From Adineta vaga (lineage: Eukaryota > Animalia > Rotifera), in assembly GCA_021613535.1 (NCBI GenBank), contig CP075492.1, forward strand, positions 4,278,001-4,342,000: 64,000 nucleotides of DNA, read 5' to 3'. The notes beneath the pieces are model-generated. The model saw nothing but the letters and a program-made list of their open reading frames with translations. It had not been told where the DNA came from and searched no databases. The translations under genes and the position numbers were made by a program. Shown here one piece after another: positions 1-14,200 of this stretch (position 1 is its first letter; each line of letters begins with the position of its first letter).

Positions 1-2315
1 CCAACAAAGCGATCAAGTATCGTCTCATCAACACCACGAGCTGTATCACCAGCACCACCGGTTAAACAATCGAATACATTATCTCCAAATACTGAAGCTC
101 AAATTGAACGTAAAAAAGATCAACCTCTAGATCGAAGACAATTATCCAAACCATTGGACAATCATTCCTCAACGGCAAATATATCTTCAACAACAGCGTC
201 GACCTCGACTAATTCATTGAAAAGGTAAAATATAAATTCTAAAAATAGTACATCCTTTCAATTTTTTTCTTTTGAATATCAATCTATCTTTTCGTTCGTT
301 TTGTTTCCCTCTCTCTCTCTCTCTCTCTCTTCATATGTTTTGATGAGATTGATATGAAGTTTTTACCTTGAGTTCCAGCATGTAGAAATTACAATCTACA
401 TGCTTGAAAATTCAATTGAGGAAAAAGGTGCGATGTTCGCTATTTTGGTCTCAACGAAGTAAAAAATAATCACAAGACGTCCATGATTACTAATCGTCAT
501 TGAGTATATATTTCAATCACGTGTTTCGCTTTTGACGCATTCTTAAAGAATTCATTATAAGATATGCCTGTTTGTCTATCATCAAAGTACATACATAACT
601 ATCCATCTTCTCCTCCTCGTTCTTTCTCTTTTTGTTGTTCTGTCTCTTCGAATAGTATCATGCGTTTCAGTGCACACTATTTTCATTCGATTCTTGTTTC
701 TCTATCATCATCATCATCAACCTGTTGCGAAAAAAAGAGGGGGGAAGGAAAAAAAGAAGGAAACGAAAAAGACAATTATAACACGTCTCGACATCAAAAA
801 GCAATGAGTTTCGTTCAATTGCTCGTCATCATTTTATACAAAAGCCTTGGCCTTGGCATACGATCTGTATACAATAATACGACCTTTCTTGGCGGGCGCT
901 TGTCAATGCACTCTCGTGTTTAATGACTCATAGAAGAGAAAATCAATGTTGCATATGTACAAAAAAAGAACAAGACAAAAAGAGACGCGAAGGCCATAAA
1001 CAGTTCTAGACGAAAGAGAAAAAAGGTTTTTCATATTGACGAAATCAAAATTAAGTATATATATCATTCGAAAAAAATAGCTTTCTTATCTTTTAAAAAC
1101 ATCATTAATTCATTTTAATTTCAAAGGAAAAAACCTAAATTGAGAATGTAATAATATTCGATCGAATCATTTAGTTTGCTTCTTCCTTTTTTTCTCTTCT
1201 CTTTTTACTTGTTTATGTTCTGTTTTCGAAGAGAATCAGTATTATTATCGAAGAGATTCATTTTCTTTTTTTTCTCTATCCTTTCTTTCGTTCTTTTCTC
1301 CATCGATATCGGTGCATACGGTTGATTTCTCCTTCAAATAAAACGACGATTATACCTTTGTATAATGTATATGAGAGGTTGAAATTGACACATACTCCTG
1401 TATACATGTGCATTATATTACGTACGTTTTCTTTTTGATAATGTCTTATTATTATTATTGTCGCCGTCGTTGTCGTCATCGTTGATAATATTGCTCAATG
1501 TGGTGAGTTATTCGTTGTGGTTTATAATAAATTTACTGTTCTTTATTGAAATATCAACGAAGAGAAAGAAAAAGAAGAAAAAAGCCCTATAAGAATACGA
1601 ATATGTCTTCATCAACGTTCACACAACGATGGACATCCGTATATGATCTAACAACGAATAGTAATAAACCTAAAAAGTTAAATTTATTCTTTCTTCAACC
1701 ATCGTCACCTGAATCGAATGCATTTACATTTCCATTACGTCCCACACAGTCATTGATTGCACTAATAGAACCACCGTCAACAACAACAACAACAGCAAAA
1801 GCAACAACAAGAAATTCAGAATCAACATCTCATCAACTATCAGAACAAACAAAAACATCTCCCTCTCGTGTCGCGGAAATTATTCATCGATTCGAATCAC
1901 AAAATGTATCATCAATGAGTAATCAACCAAATAAAACATTACCTCCAACTCGTTCTATAATTATCAAGGAATGGAAACGAATACCTTCTCGAACTCCTCT
2001 CAATGCCGTCATTGAAACTTCTTCAAGCACAGTTTCTTCCACTCCCAAAATGAATATCAAACCACAACCCATTATCGTTTACGAACGAATAACAAATCAT
2101 GATAGGCCACGTGAATCATCTTCAACACCTCCATCTGTTAGTCCAAAAAGTCCTTTAGTAAAAACATGGCTACAAAATCGAGCAAAATCTCAACAAACTG
2201 TTGAAAGTGATACAGATTCAGCGATACAGACAATGACTGCTGTGATAACAACAGGTATGAATGATTCTGTTGCATCATCTCGTTCCAATACAACAGAATC
2301 AAGTTGTTCTTCTTC

Positions 2316-2346
<31 letters not shown>

Positions 2347-4334
2347 CTACCATTATCAACTTCGCCATCCATTCCACATTTTGCACTTCCAACAATCGCT
2401 TCTATGCAAAAACAACGTGATAATACTTCGAATGCAACATGTTTTAAACGAACTTCTTCTCCTCCATCACCTACAATCGCTACTTTCACACGTGCAATTC
2501 CTTCCACATCTACAACTTCGAATGAAACTCGTCCACAATCGCATTCCTTTTCCATACCTTCTTCAGAAGAAAATCTCACGAATCAAAACAATCGATTATC
2601 ATCCTCTGCAAATACAAGTCCAACAGAAATACTTTCAATAGCACAAATCATCATAAATACCAATCTACCATTAAAATACAAAAGAGATTCATTTCTACGA
2701 TTATATGGGTAACATAGATATTAACGCTTTCATCTCCTACTAAAACGATGTCATCTAACATAACTTCCATAGTTTCATTGATAATAAATATTTATTTAAT
2801 AAATTATAGTCATAGGTATTTTGTTTATTATTTAGACCCGACGCTTTACAACAACATACTCAACGAAAATCTCAGGATGTTATACTTGAAGATGGTAATG
2901 AAACTTTCAATCTGTTTGATATAGTTTATGAGTTTGGTTGTTTTAAGATATTGATCCACCATTTTCACCACGTGTTGTCAATATAAAAAAGAATAAAACA
3001 GTAACGGATGAATATGAAATGATGGAATTTCTTGGAAGGTAATTTCGATGGTTTTGTTTTCCTTCTTCTAATGAAATGATTTGACAATTTAGAGGAAAAT
3101 TCGGTGAAGTGAAAAAATGTCGTGAAAATTCGACGAAACATTTGTTAGCTGCAAAATTTATTCAAGTACACAAAGAACAAGATCGTATTGAAGCCCACAA
3201 TGAAATTGAAATCATGAAAGCATTTCAACATCCAAGACTTTTACAACTTTATGATGCTTTCGAAACGAAAGGAGAAATTTGTCTAATCATGGAATTGTAA
3301 ATATATTTTCAATTAACAACACGACAAAACTATTCGCTCACTTTTTCTAGAATTACTGGTGGCGAATTATTTGAACGTGTTATTGATGATGATTTCATTT
3401 TAACTGAACGTCTATGTGAATTATACATGATGCAAATCTGTGAAGGAGTGAATTTTATGCATTCATGTAATATTATTCATCTTGATATGAAGGTTTGATA
3501 ACGGCTTTTTCTTCTTCTTCCAATGATGATCTATTCAATTGTTTGAATTTTCTAGCCGGAGAATATTTTATGTTTGAATCGAAATGGTCATCGAATTAAA
3601 ATCATTGATTTTGGTCTTGCGAGAAAATTTGATCCAACTAAACAATTAAAAGTCTTATTTGGTACTCCAGAATTTGTCGCACCTGAAGTAATTAATTTTG
3701 ATCGAGTAGGATTTGGCACAGATATGTGGTATGTATGAAAATAAAGATGATATTCATTTAGTTTCTTATTCTCCATCTTTATTTCAGGTCAGTTGGAGTT
3801 ATTTGTTATGTTTTGTAAGTTAATAGAATTTGCAAAAAACTATTCTAGATGATTTTCTTATGTCTTTTCAGATTAACTGGTTTGAGTCCATTTATGGGTG
3901 AAAATGATAATGATACATATGCAAACATCAATCGAGTTCAATATGATTTCGACGATGAAGCATTTACTGACATATCCGATGAAGCCAAAGATTTTATCTC
4001 AAAATTATTAATAAAAAATAAAGAGTAATTATTATTTGATTATGAAATATAGCAAAATCATCGTTTCCTTCTGTTTTAGTAAACGTCTTCAAGCTAAACA
4101 ATGTCTTGCACATCCATGGTTATCACGTCGACCAAAATCAGTCGCTACTCCTAATGATGATGAAACAGCTGAGAAGAAATTATCAACACGAAAATTACGT
4201 CGATTTGTTATACGACGACGTTGGCAGGTGAGAAAACAACATTTTTCTTTAGGATAAAAATTCGTTTCTTTCAAAATATTTAGAAAGCAGTCAATGCTTT
4301 ATTAGCATTGAAACGCATGGGAATGACGTTGTGA
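1..4334 (+). CDS. MYLK: Myosin light chain kinase-like Ca2+/calmodulin-dependent kinase, multi-exon, 5'-partial
   Basis: Spliced exons (1-224, 2836-2894, 2948-3038, 3093-~3295, 3351-3492, 3556-~3729, 3788-~3814, 3872-~4024, ~4080-4227, 4284-4334) give LGRGKFGEV, AAKF, HLDMKPEN, IDFGLARK, FGTPEFVAPE, DMWSVG and a CaM-binding tail RRRWQKAVNALLALKRM; TGA at 4332-4334. Confidence 0.92.
309..331 (+). repeat. (CT)n microsatellite in MLCK intron
   Basis: About 11 CT units. Confidence 0.85.
1603..2708 (+). CDS. Large Ser/Thr/Pro-rich exon, probable alternative first coding exon of the MLCK gene
   Basis: Open frame from ATG 1603. Its apparent stop overlaps a GG|GTAACA donor in phase 2, matching the phase-2 acceptor at 2836. 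Confidence 0.6.
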
Positions 4335-4727
4335 AGAAACCACGGCTCCATTTATTTAATTTTTCTTTCTTTTTCTCTGTCCTTTGTTTTTTCTATTTGA
4401 TTATTTTGCATCATATTCTCTCTTTGAGTCGCGCGTCTTTCACAAACAAATAACGCTTTTTTTATTCGCTGTTATTACCAGTGGTTTGATTTTATTTGTT
4501 CGCCCTGAGAATAGTGTGTGTGTGTGTGCGTACGTGCGTGTGTGTATGTCAAAACGAAAGTTTAATGTTCATCTGTACATTATTTTATATTATTATTATT
4601 ATTATTAACTACTCCTGCTAAAAGGAAAACAAAAATATGAAAGATATTTTCAAAATATTTTTTTTTCACAAAGAGAACAAACAAAAGAAGATATATTATT
4701 TCTATTTCAACTATTATTCAAAGAATT

Positions 4728-6694
4728 TCAAATTATAAAAAGTTTTCTTAGATATTCGATAATTTTAAAAAAAAATTCAACAATTGAACTATTCTGTTCA
4801 GCATATTTAGGTCGAATTCGATTTCTCAATGGAAATGCTTGCTCAAATCCATGTGCAACACGTAAAAGCATCGATTCTGACCATGCTCTTCCAACAAACA
4901 TCAAACCATACGGTTCATTATTTGATTCATTAAAACCTAATGGAACAACAATCAATGGATAACCAGCAAATGATGCAAATAATGTCATTTCATGTTCAGG
5001 ATCAGGAACAATAATTGCATCTAATTCATATTCATTCAATCTAAATTCAGTTTGATTTCAGAAATAAAATCGAGAAATATCAACTTACGTTGCATCAATT
5101 CCATTCTTTCCACCTATTTCACGAGTTTTATTGTATAAAATAACATATTCATCCGCAGTCATATTCATATGATCTTCAGCTAAAACGAACATTTGTTGAT
5201 TAGGAGAATATTCATGATGAAATTCTTCATCAAGATGTTGTAGATTAAATTCAATAACATCTTTCAATGATCGAATATTTGTATTTTCAAGTTCAGATAA
5301 ATAATTTCGAAGATCTTTACGAAAATTATATGTCATCAAATCTTTCAAATAACTTATTAAATTCTCATCGTCTAAACCAGTAACATTCACTGGATCAATC
5401 ACAATTGCACCATGAAAACGTAGAATATCAATAGCTTTTTGGAATTGATTTTCTTTTTCTATTGATATATTGATTGCTAAAAATATAAAAGAATTCATTT
5501 GAAATTATTGACATTGAATAAACAAAATACAAATGACCTTGACGAACAACACCCAATCGAAGATTTCGAAGTCCTTCGATTCCTTGTAAAAATCGAGTGT
5601 AATTTTGATGACGAACAATTCCTGCTTGTTGTGTTGCATTATCTCGACTATCAACACTTTCTATCACTTCTAAATATATCAACAACAACAACAACAACAA
5701 TATTTAAATAATTGATTTCATCATCTACCAAGTAAAAGAGCAACATCTTCAACTGTTTTACCCATTGGACCAACACTATCATGATCATATGAGATGGGAA
5801 TAACACCTGAACGTGATGTTAATCCAACAGTTGGTTTAAGACCAACAATATTTGCACGACTAGCTGGTGAAATAATACTACCACAAGTTTCTGTTCCTAA
5901 TGCTGCTGCACATAAACCAGCACTCGTTGCAATTGCAGAACCACTACTACTTCCACCTGGATCACCATCAGCAACATAAGCTGAACTAAAACAAATCAAA
6001 TATCATTCCCCATTTATTCTTTTCAGCAGAATTCGTTTACCTGGGTAAACCACCTCGTGGTGACCATCCGTGTCTTGTGAGATTTTCTGTTTTAAAATTA
6101 CTCCATTCTGTCAATGATGTTTTACCAAGTATGATTACACCTGCTTTCCTTAGTTGTTCAACTACAAATGCATCTCGTGGTACACGTGAATTGACAAGTG
6201 CTAAACTACCAGCTGTTGTTTTCATTTGATCATCTGTTGCAATGTTATCTTTGATTAGAAGAGGTATTCCATGAAGTAATGATCTTCTTCCATTCATTTT
6301 TCGTTCTTGATCAAGTGCATTAGCAATATCTAATGCATCAGGATTGATTTCAATGACAGCATGAAGTGGATGAGATCCTTGTCGATTTACATCATCAATA
6401 CGTGACAAATACCAACGAACAAGATCCCATGATGAATATCGACAATTCGATAAATCATCGATCAATGTTCGCATATTTGTTGTAACAGGATCAATTAATG
6501 GAATACTGGAATATGTTGAACAAGATGATGATGACACTCGAGATGCATTGATTGATATGTGCACGAAATCTAGAACAAACAAACAACCTTTCTCATCATT
6601 TTATCTAAATTTTTGATCTTATCTTACTTGATCTTGCATTTGTCTTTGTAATAGTTATCCACAAGAATATAGTGATGATATGTAATATTACCAT
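4728..6694 (-). CDS. Amidase signature (AS) family amidase with signal peptide and hydrophobic C-terminus; multi-exon
   Basis: [10 protein letters not shown] (catalytic Lys), PGGSSSGS and GTETCGSI (Ser-cisSer-Lys triad), [12 protein letters not shown]; hydrophobic N-terminus [13 protein letters not shown] from ATG 6694; short GT-AG introns. Confidence 0.9.
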
Positions 6695-7088
6695 GTTTCT
6701 ATTTAAAATACACATTCGAGATTATTGATCTCGTTTCTAATAACAATGCAACATTTGTCACTTGTTTAATTGATTTAGACAAATTTTCTTTCGTCTGTTT
6801 AGATCATATTGTTTCAGTCAGATTCTACGCCAATTTTTCTCTCGTTCTTTTCGTATTGGACACATGTAAATGAATGATCATAGTTTAGATAACTTGAACT
6901 GAATGAATGAAATAACACATCAAGAAACAACAATTGCTTTACTGATTGTAATAAATAAAAAATTTGAAAAATTAATCGAGTCTTACTCGAACATGATGAA
7001 TATTGTTCAAAATAAACCACATGATTTCATTTGAATCGTTAAGATAACATCGATCAGTTCAAGAAAGAAAAGAAAACTAACTGTTTAA

Positions 7089-7420
7089 ATGCCTAAATAT
7101 TCAAATCGTCATCGAAAAAAGACGAAATATCGTTGTGGTCGTCTCCTATTGACTAACAAGGGGTATCATTAAAACAATTGATCTTAAAAATGGTGGTGGA
7201 ACTCGTTCTTGTCTTTTGCATCATAATCAAATGACTTTCAAAGATATTCATCAACAACTTCTTAAACTTTATAAATTAGGTGATGTCATTTCACTATTCT
7301 TTCTTTCATTTTCTCTTCTTCCACATAGATAATACACAAGATCAAACGTTTTTATATGATTTTGAACAACAACAAATCAATTTATTTCAATATAAAACAT
7401 TTCTTGAATATCTCACTTAA
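7089..7420 (+). pseudogene. Frameshifted fragment of an unknown protein (..IKTIDLKNGGGTR..)
   Basis: ATG 7089 frame stops shortly after a GGGG run (~7160); coding-like sequence continues in another frame, with a short GT-AG intron-like segment at ~7280-7328. Confidence 0.35.
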
Positions 7421-7546
7421 TACAATTATATGAAAATATTTGTGTTATGTATGGTTATGTTTTTGGAATTATCATAAAACGCTATTTGAAAATGATAATA
7501 ACTACTGAGCATTGAAAAGCAAGCTATATAATATTCAAAAACTCAC

Positions 7547-7915
7547 GTTTGATTCGGTGTTGTTTCTGTTGTGCCATAATAAACACCTTGAGATGTTCTT
7601 GAATAGATACAAAGAGATCATCCCAATATTCAAATACTGTTGAACCAATAAACGAAGATGTTGGAAGAGATGTATTACTATAATCAGTAGAATAATTAGC
7701 TAAACAAAGTACCTAAATATATTCAAGAAAATGAATTTAATTTGGAACGATAATTTCTATTTATGAAAAAGAGATTGATCATGACATTCACATACAGCAT
7801 TTGTTTGAACAAAAACAGTTGTTATTGTATAACTGTACATTATTATTGGAAATGGAATACTAACATTCGTATAACCATCATCAGCAGAGTATTGTCCACT
7901 CCAACCGGGAATCAA
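7547..7915 (-). pseudogene. Decayed NIDO-like secreted-domain gene fragment
   Basis: Minus strand: SGWSGQYSADDGYTNVSIPFPIIMYSYTITTVFVQTNA | intron | VLCLANYSTDYSNTSLP..FEYWDDL, then a frameshift to YSRTSQGVYYGTT. No start codon found. Confidence 0.5.
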
Positions 7916-8270
7916 ATGATGGGTGTGAGTATACTAATCTGAGTTTTTCGTGTCACTACTGAATTGATCTCTATATCTCATACGCTTTTCTTCTATTCCT
8001 AAAGATATAAATCTTTCTTTTGAATCATCGATGACATTTGTTCTTGTGTGATTATCACCATTCTCATTAATTTTGTTTACAAGTCAGAATTGAAAAGAAA
8101 AGAGAAAATTTACAAAATCAGAAACTCTGTATTCACTTTTGTCTCGCCTTTTTATTTTCAAAAAATAGTAAACGTTAGATCGTATGACACGTTACGATCT
8201 CAATATTCTTGATTATTTTACAAACAAACAAAAAAGACAATTCGTCATATCTCAAAGTTTATTCTATTTA

Positions 8271-11200
8271 TTATTCATTTGTTGTCATAGAATATTGACT
8301 TTTACCAGATAATCCTTGTATTTTAATCCATGTTTTATAAAATTCATTTTCTAATGTTGTTGTAAATGGAATTTTAATATCCGTATAATAATAATTTACT
8401 AGTCTTTTCGATTTAAATTCTCCAATTTCTTTTGCAATATAATTAATTATATTTGATTTACAATTAGCATCAATTTTTTCATCTAAAGCAAATTGTGTAA
8501 TAATTTTTAATAATTCATAAACTTTAATTGCACTTTCATTATTTAAAGAATTTAGTAGATCATCAATAAATTCATTTGGTGAAAGATGAATCAAAGGAAT
8601 TCCAATAGTAGCTAATTCTTTGACAAGATTTTCATCAAATAATGTATTTAATGCATTAATAATTATTTTATGATCAGATAAATCCATTGCGGCAAGTAAA
8701 ATAAAAGCATTTCCTCGTGCTCCAAAACATGGATGATGATTCAGAATTTCGATTAAAATTTTAGTAAATTGTTCTTTATTAAAATTTGACGCATTAGTTA
8801 TTTTTCGATAAAGATAATTTTCTTTTTGAACACAAGCTGAAACTAATGATAATAAACAATCAGCGATCATTAATGAAACCATTCGACTATTCCGATTATT
8901 AGAACGTAATATGTTTTGTATCAACCATTTGATTAAATTTTCTATATTAACAACATTTATAGAAAGATCATTCAATGTATTCAATACAGTTTGATTCAGA
9001 TTGAATGTAGAAGTAAAAAAAGTGCATCTACCAATATTCTGAACTGAAAGATAATTTTCTAGTAATATATTTTTTACTTCTATGGTTGATAAACTAATGA
9101 TTTTTGATTGAAGAATATCAAAATAAGTTTCATCAGTTACATTTGATAAACTCCAAATTTCATTAATAATTGATCGAATTATTTCAATATCTGTTTGTAT
9201 AAAATATAGTTTTTCAACAAATGAATTTGTATCTATATTCGAGAAAATTCTTTGAAACTCAATCCAATCTTGTTCTTGTATTCGAGAACGTTCAACTAAA
9301 CGTATTGTTGACTCAAAGAAATTTTCACTATAAAATGAATATGATGGTGATTGTAATGATTGAATTAATGCATTCCAAGTGTGATTATTTATAAATTTGA
9401 TTCGATTTAAATGAAAATTTTCCCCATCATTTGATTGAGCTATGTTTCTACAGAGATTTTTCAATACCAAAGGATCATCCCATAGAACATCAAAGAAAAA
9501 TGTACGAAGATAGACTCGAACTTTTAGAAGATGTTCTTTCATTACTATTCCTTGAAGAATTTTCAATAATGCTTTTTCTCCAATGACAGATATTGTTTTA
9601 CTCGGTTCACTAGGATCTCGTTCAGGATGTTGAAAGATTCGTTGAGCACGATATCTTAATTGATCATTATCATTATTCAATAGATTGATTAATGTTTCAA
9701 CTACTAATTCGAAAATATGTTTTGTTTCTACAAGTAAAAGTGCTGATAATTTCATAATTTGTCGATTAGGATAATCAATAAACCATCTTTGAACAATTGG
9801 TAAAACTTCATTCGATGGTTTGATTAAATATGGAAATATAATTGAAATTCTTTCTTCTTTTCCTTGTTTTATCAGTTCATCAATAATTATTGCAACTTGT
9901 GATGTCAAAAATAATTCATTGTTTATACCAATTTTTAAAATCTTTTCAATATTCAATTGATTATTTGTATCTTTATAAAGATTAAGCCATAATTGATCTA
10001 AATTATCATTTTTATTAAGAATTATTTTTGCATCATTTAATTGTGCAAATAATCGAAAGAGACTTTGTAATTCAATATTATCTGAAATGTCATTTAATTG
10101 TTTAGCACATAATATTTTACCATAATATGAGTTTACAAAATAACGATATTCATTATTTTCTAAATTGAAAACGATTTCATCAAGTTTTTCACAAAGATCA
10201 TCATAAATTGAAATTAATGGTTTTAATTTTATGATTAATTTCAGTTTTTCATTATTTTCATCCATTTCATTTAATATTTCTAATGCATTTCTTAGATATT
10301 TTTTACGAAATTCTTCACATCCATAAAATGACAATCGAATAGATGCGATAATTTGATCATCAATTTTTTCAATTTGATCCAAAGTTGAAATTAATTTATC
10401 TAAGATGTGTTGAATAAAATCGTTTTCTTTGACATCTTTATAATGAGCAACATTATAAATCTTTTCTAAAACTTGAAATCTTAAACTTCCATCTACAATA
10501 TTATCCGTTAGATTATTTGATTCATTTAGAAGTTCATCACTTTTTTCATCATAAAATTGAGCTAATTGATAAAATGCACGAGATTTATAATAAGGATTAG
10601 ACATTGATTGAATTTTATTCAATAAGAATTCTTTAACATTTACTATTTCATTTAATTCAGGTAACAATTTCGAATAAATATCTGTTTTGTTTAATTCTTT
10701 TGACATAATTCCAAAGATAAATAAAATAAATATTGGAATTAATTCAGAATTTCGAATAAAATATTCTTCATTGATAAAGATGTCGCAAATAATATCAATT
10801 ACAAATGCAATATTTGTATGAATATTCTCTAAACAATTTAGAAATGCTATTGGAATATCATCTTCTTCAAATGATTCAAATGGAAATTGATCCGTAGACC
10901 ATGAACATGATCGAATAGGTTTATAAATTTGAATTGTATTATTAATTTTTAGAAATGATTTTATAATTAAATCACTTTTCAATGTTTTAATACATATATC
11001 ACATAGAACAGCAACATCGTATCTCAAATCACCGCTTGAATTACCTGTCATCTTCGATACAAAATATTCCGCATAAAGATCACATTTATCATCCATATTA
11101 TCTACAGTTTCAGCAAGTAATTTTGTATCTACTGGTATTCCACCACTATTTGCGATAAAAGATAAATATATTCTACAATAATTAGAATAATTTAAATGAT

Positions 11201-14200
11201 ATTTTGATTGATTTATTTTCATATGATTATAAAGTTGAAGAAGATAATTTTGAATATGTGAAGAATATCTTGCAATTGGATCTTTTAAAACAGAAATTAA
11301 TTCTTCTATTCTATTTTCAACATTTGTTCTCAATACTTTGTCTTGTCTTTGAATAGAATCAAAATCTCCTAATACAATCAATGCAATTGATGCTTCTGTT
11401 CTTATATTTATACATAATTGTTCGTTTGATATTTGTTCACGTAATTCTGCAATTAATTCTCGTGTATCTCGATTTTCTCGTACTAATTCAATAATTCTTG
11501 TTGTTAAAAATGAATCTTTATAGATTTCATTAACATCAAATATTGGTATTTTAGTCCAATTATCTTTTGCTTTGAATCCATTAAGATAAACAGCCATACT
11601 ATATGCTGTATCATTTCGATCCCACGTATCTCGAAAATAGAAAATAAAAGGTATTCTTTCATTATCACTTAACGAAAGAAATTGAGCTAATTCAGCATAT
11701 TCTAAGATTGTTTTTGGAGTATCATAATTTTGATATCCACCATAAAGTGAAATAATTAAACATAACCAATTCATATTTTTCGAAATATGAATAATTAAAT
11801 GTGGATTATCTAAAAGTATTTTTTTAAATTGTAATTGTGTTAATATCGATTGATCTTTAATATTAGTTGAATAATATCTTAATATTGAATCGATTGGCCA
11901 ATTCCAAATTTGTGAATCAGAATGTAAATTTTTTAAAAAAATTTCATGAAATTTTGGAGAAAACCATTTTAATTGATAAATTATATTTGAACATGGTGAA
12001 ATATTTTCATTTGTTTCATGAAATTTTTCATTAAACCATTTTATCATTGTTAGAGAAGATTTATTTTGTAATTTTAAGAAATATGAATGAATTAAAGTTT
12101 GATGTTCTTTTAATTTTGAAAAACCTAAAAGATTTTTATAATCAAATAATAATAAATCAGATAATTTCTCAATCATTTCTTGTTCGGTTTCTTTTGATGA
12201 AAAATACATATCATTTAATGAATCAATAATAACAAATGGTACAATAAGAGTTGATAATGATAAAATTTGTTCATTAATTAATAATTTTCGAAGAATACGA
12301 TAAAATAATTGATTATTTTGATAAAATTTACTTAAAATTCCAAATGTCATATTAAGTGGAACTCTCCAATTTGGAATATTTATTTTTAATTGAATATTTT
12401 CATAAATTATATTTTCTGATCTTTCAATTCCATTTAAATAAATTATATTTTTTGCTGCAAGATATTCTTGAAATGTTCGATGAATAAAACGAAAACTATC
12501 ATGACCAAATTCATTTAATAAACCAACTTTATATTTAAATATATCAACAAGTTTTAAAATTAATTCATCAATATTATTTAAATCTTCTTTTTTATAATTA
12601 ATTAAATAATATTTTCCTATAATTTCTTTAAGATTATTTTCTGATAATCCTTCAACTTTATAATGAAGATAATCGGCAATTTCTTGTAAAATTGACCATA
12701 AAATAATTGAATTTAAATAAAGATTTTCATTATTTGAAGATGAAATTATTCTTTGAATCATTTTTTCAATTGCTATTTCATATAAATCAATTCTTTTTTC
12801 AGGTAATTTTTCATTTGCTTGATTATAAATTGAAACAATAACACTTGCTAATTGTGGATTAATAGCTAATTGAAAAATATCTTTATTTTTACTTATATTA
12901 TTATATAATTGATCAATAATGAATTCTTTTTTAGTACATTTTGTATATGAATTACAGAATAATCTTAAAGATTCATTTGACATATCTTCAATTGTTAATC
13001 TTGGAATAAAAAAATTAATTTCTTCAAAATAATTTCCTTCAATTCGACTTGTAATAACAAAACGATTTCCATTAATTAAATCTTTTGTATTATTAATTTC
13101 TTTTTTTTCATAAATTGAATAAATTAATTTCTTAGTTTTATAATCATAATCAATTCCATGTTCTAATAATAAATTCATTTCTTTTATTAAATCATTTCGA
13201 TCAATATAAATAGGAACTTCATCTAAACCTTCAAATATAATAAAAACATTTCCATTTAATAAAGATTCCATAATTAATAATGATAAATCTTTATTTTCTT
13301 CTTTTGTAAAATAATTTGAATTTAATGTTACATTTTCATAAAGAAATTCAAGTAAACTTAATTTTAATTGTTTACAATTATTATTTTTGATTTGATCAAA
13401 ATATTTCCAAATTGGAATCAAAATTGGAATTTTATTTTTTGAAGAATTTTTTTCATTAAATAATAAATTTTCTTTTCCTAAACATTGTTTTGCCATATTA
13501 ATTATTAACCATTTAGATATTGTTGTTTTTCCAGATCCAGGATGACCTAAAATAATAAAATGTTTAAATTCATTAAATGCTTCTTGAATTTCATATTGTT
13601 TTATTTCTTTGAAATGATTTTTTTCAAAAATATTTTGTTTTAATTGAGAAATTTTATTTCGAATTGATATTGATTCATCATTAGAAAAGATTCGTGTATT
13701 TGATAATAAAATATTTAACCATTGATCAATCATTAAATCTCGATAAATTGTTTCAGAATAAAAAGAATTTTGTTGAATTATTGATCGAATTAATTTCTTT
13801 TTTTCATTTTCATTAAAAAATCCATATGATAAAACTTTCTCTTTAAATTCTTCATTAATATCAATTGTTTTCATTGCTTTGATTGATGGATGTGTTGGAT
13901 CAAATTTTAATTCAACATAAATATTTTCTAATTTTAACAAAATATCTTCATTTTCATATCCAAATAATGTTATATGATCATATTCATTTATTAAATAATT
14001 TAAATATTTTTTAAGAACGTTTTCTCTTCGATTTATTGATAAAATATTTTCACGAATTAATGTTGAAAAAGATAAAAGATTTCGAAGAAAGGAAATTAAA
14101 TCATCAAAAGTATTTCCATATGGAATTTCTTTTAGATTTTCTAATAATGAACGATGAATATTTGATCGAATAAGTTTATAAATTGTTGGTGGATTATCAT

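Noticed and set aside
564-1479. Short ORFs in the MLCK intron, and similar 60-110 aa low-complexity ORFs elsewhere
   Set aside because: No motifs; composition reflects A/T runs, and many overlap real genes in other frames.
2190-2641. Poly-Glu (-) and poly-Leu (+) ORFs
   Set aside because: Shadow frames of the (TCT)n poly-Ser tract in the Ser-rich exon.
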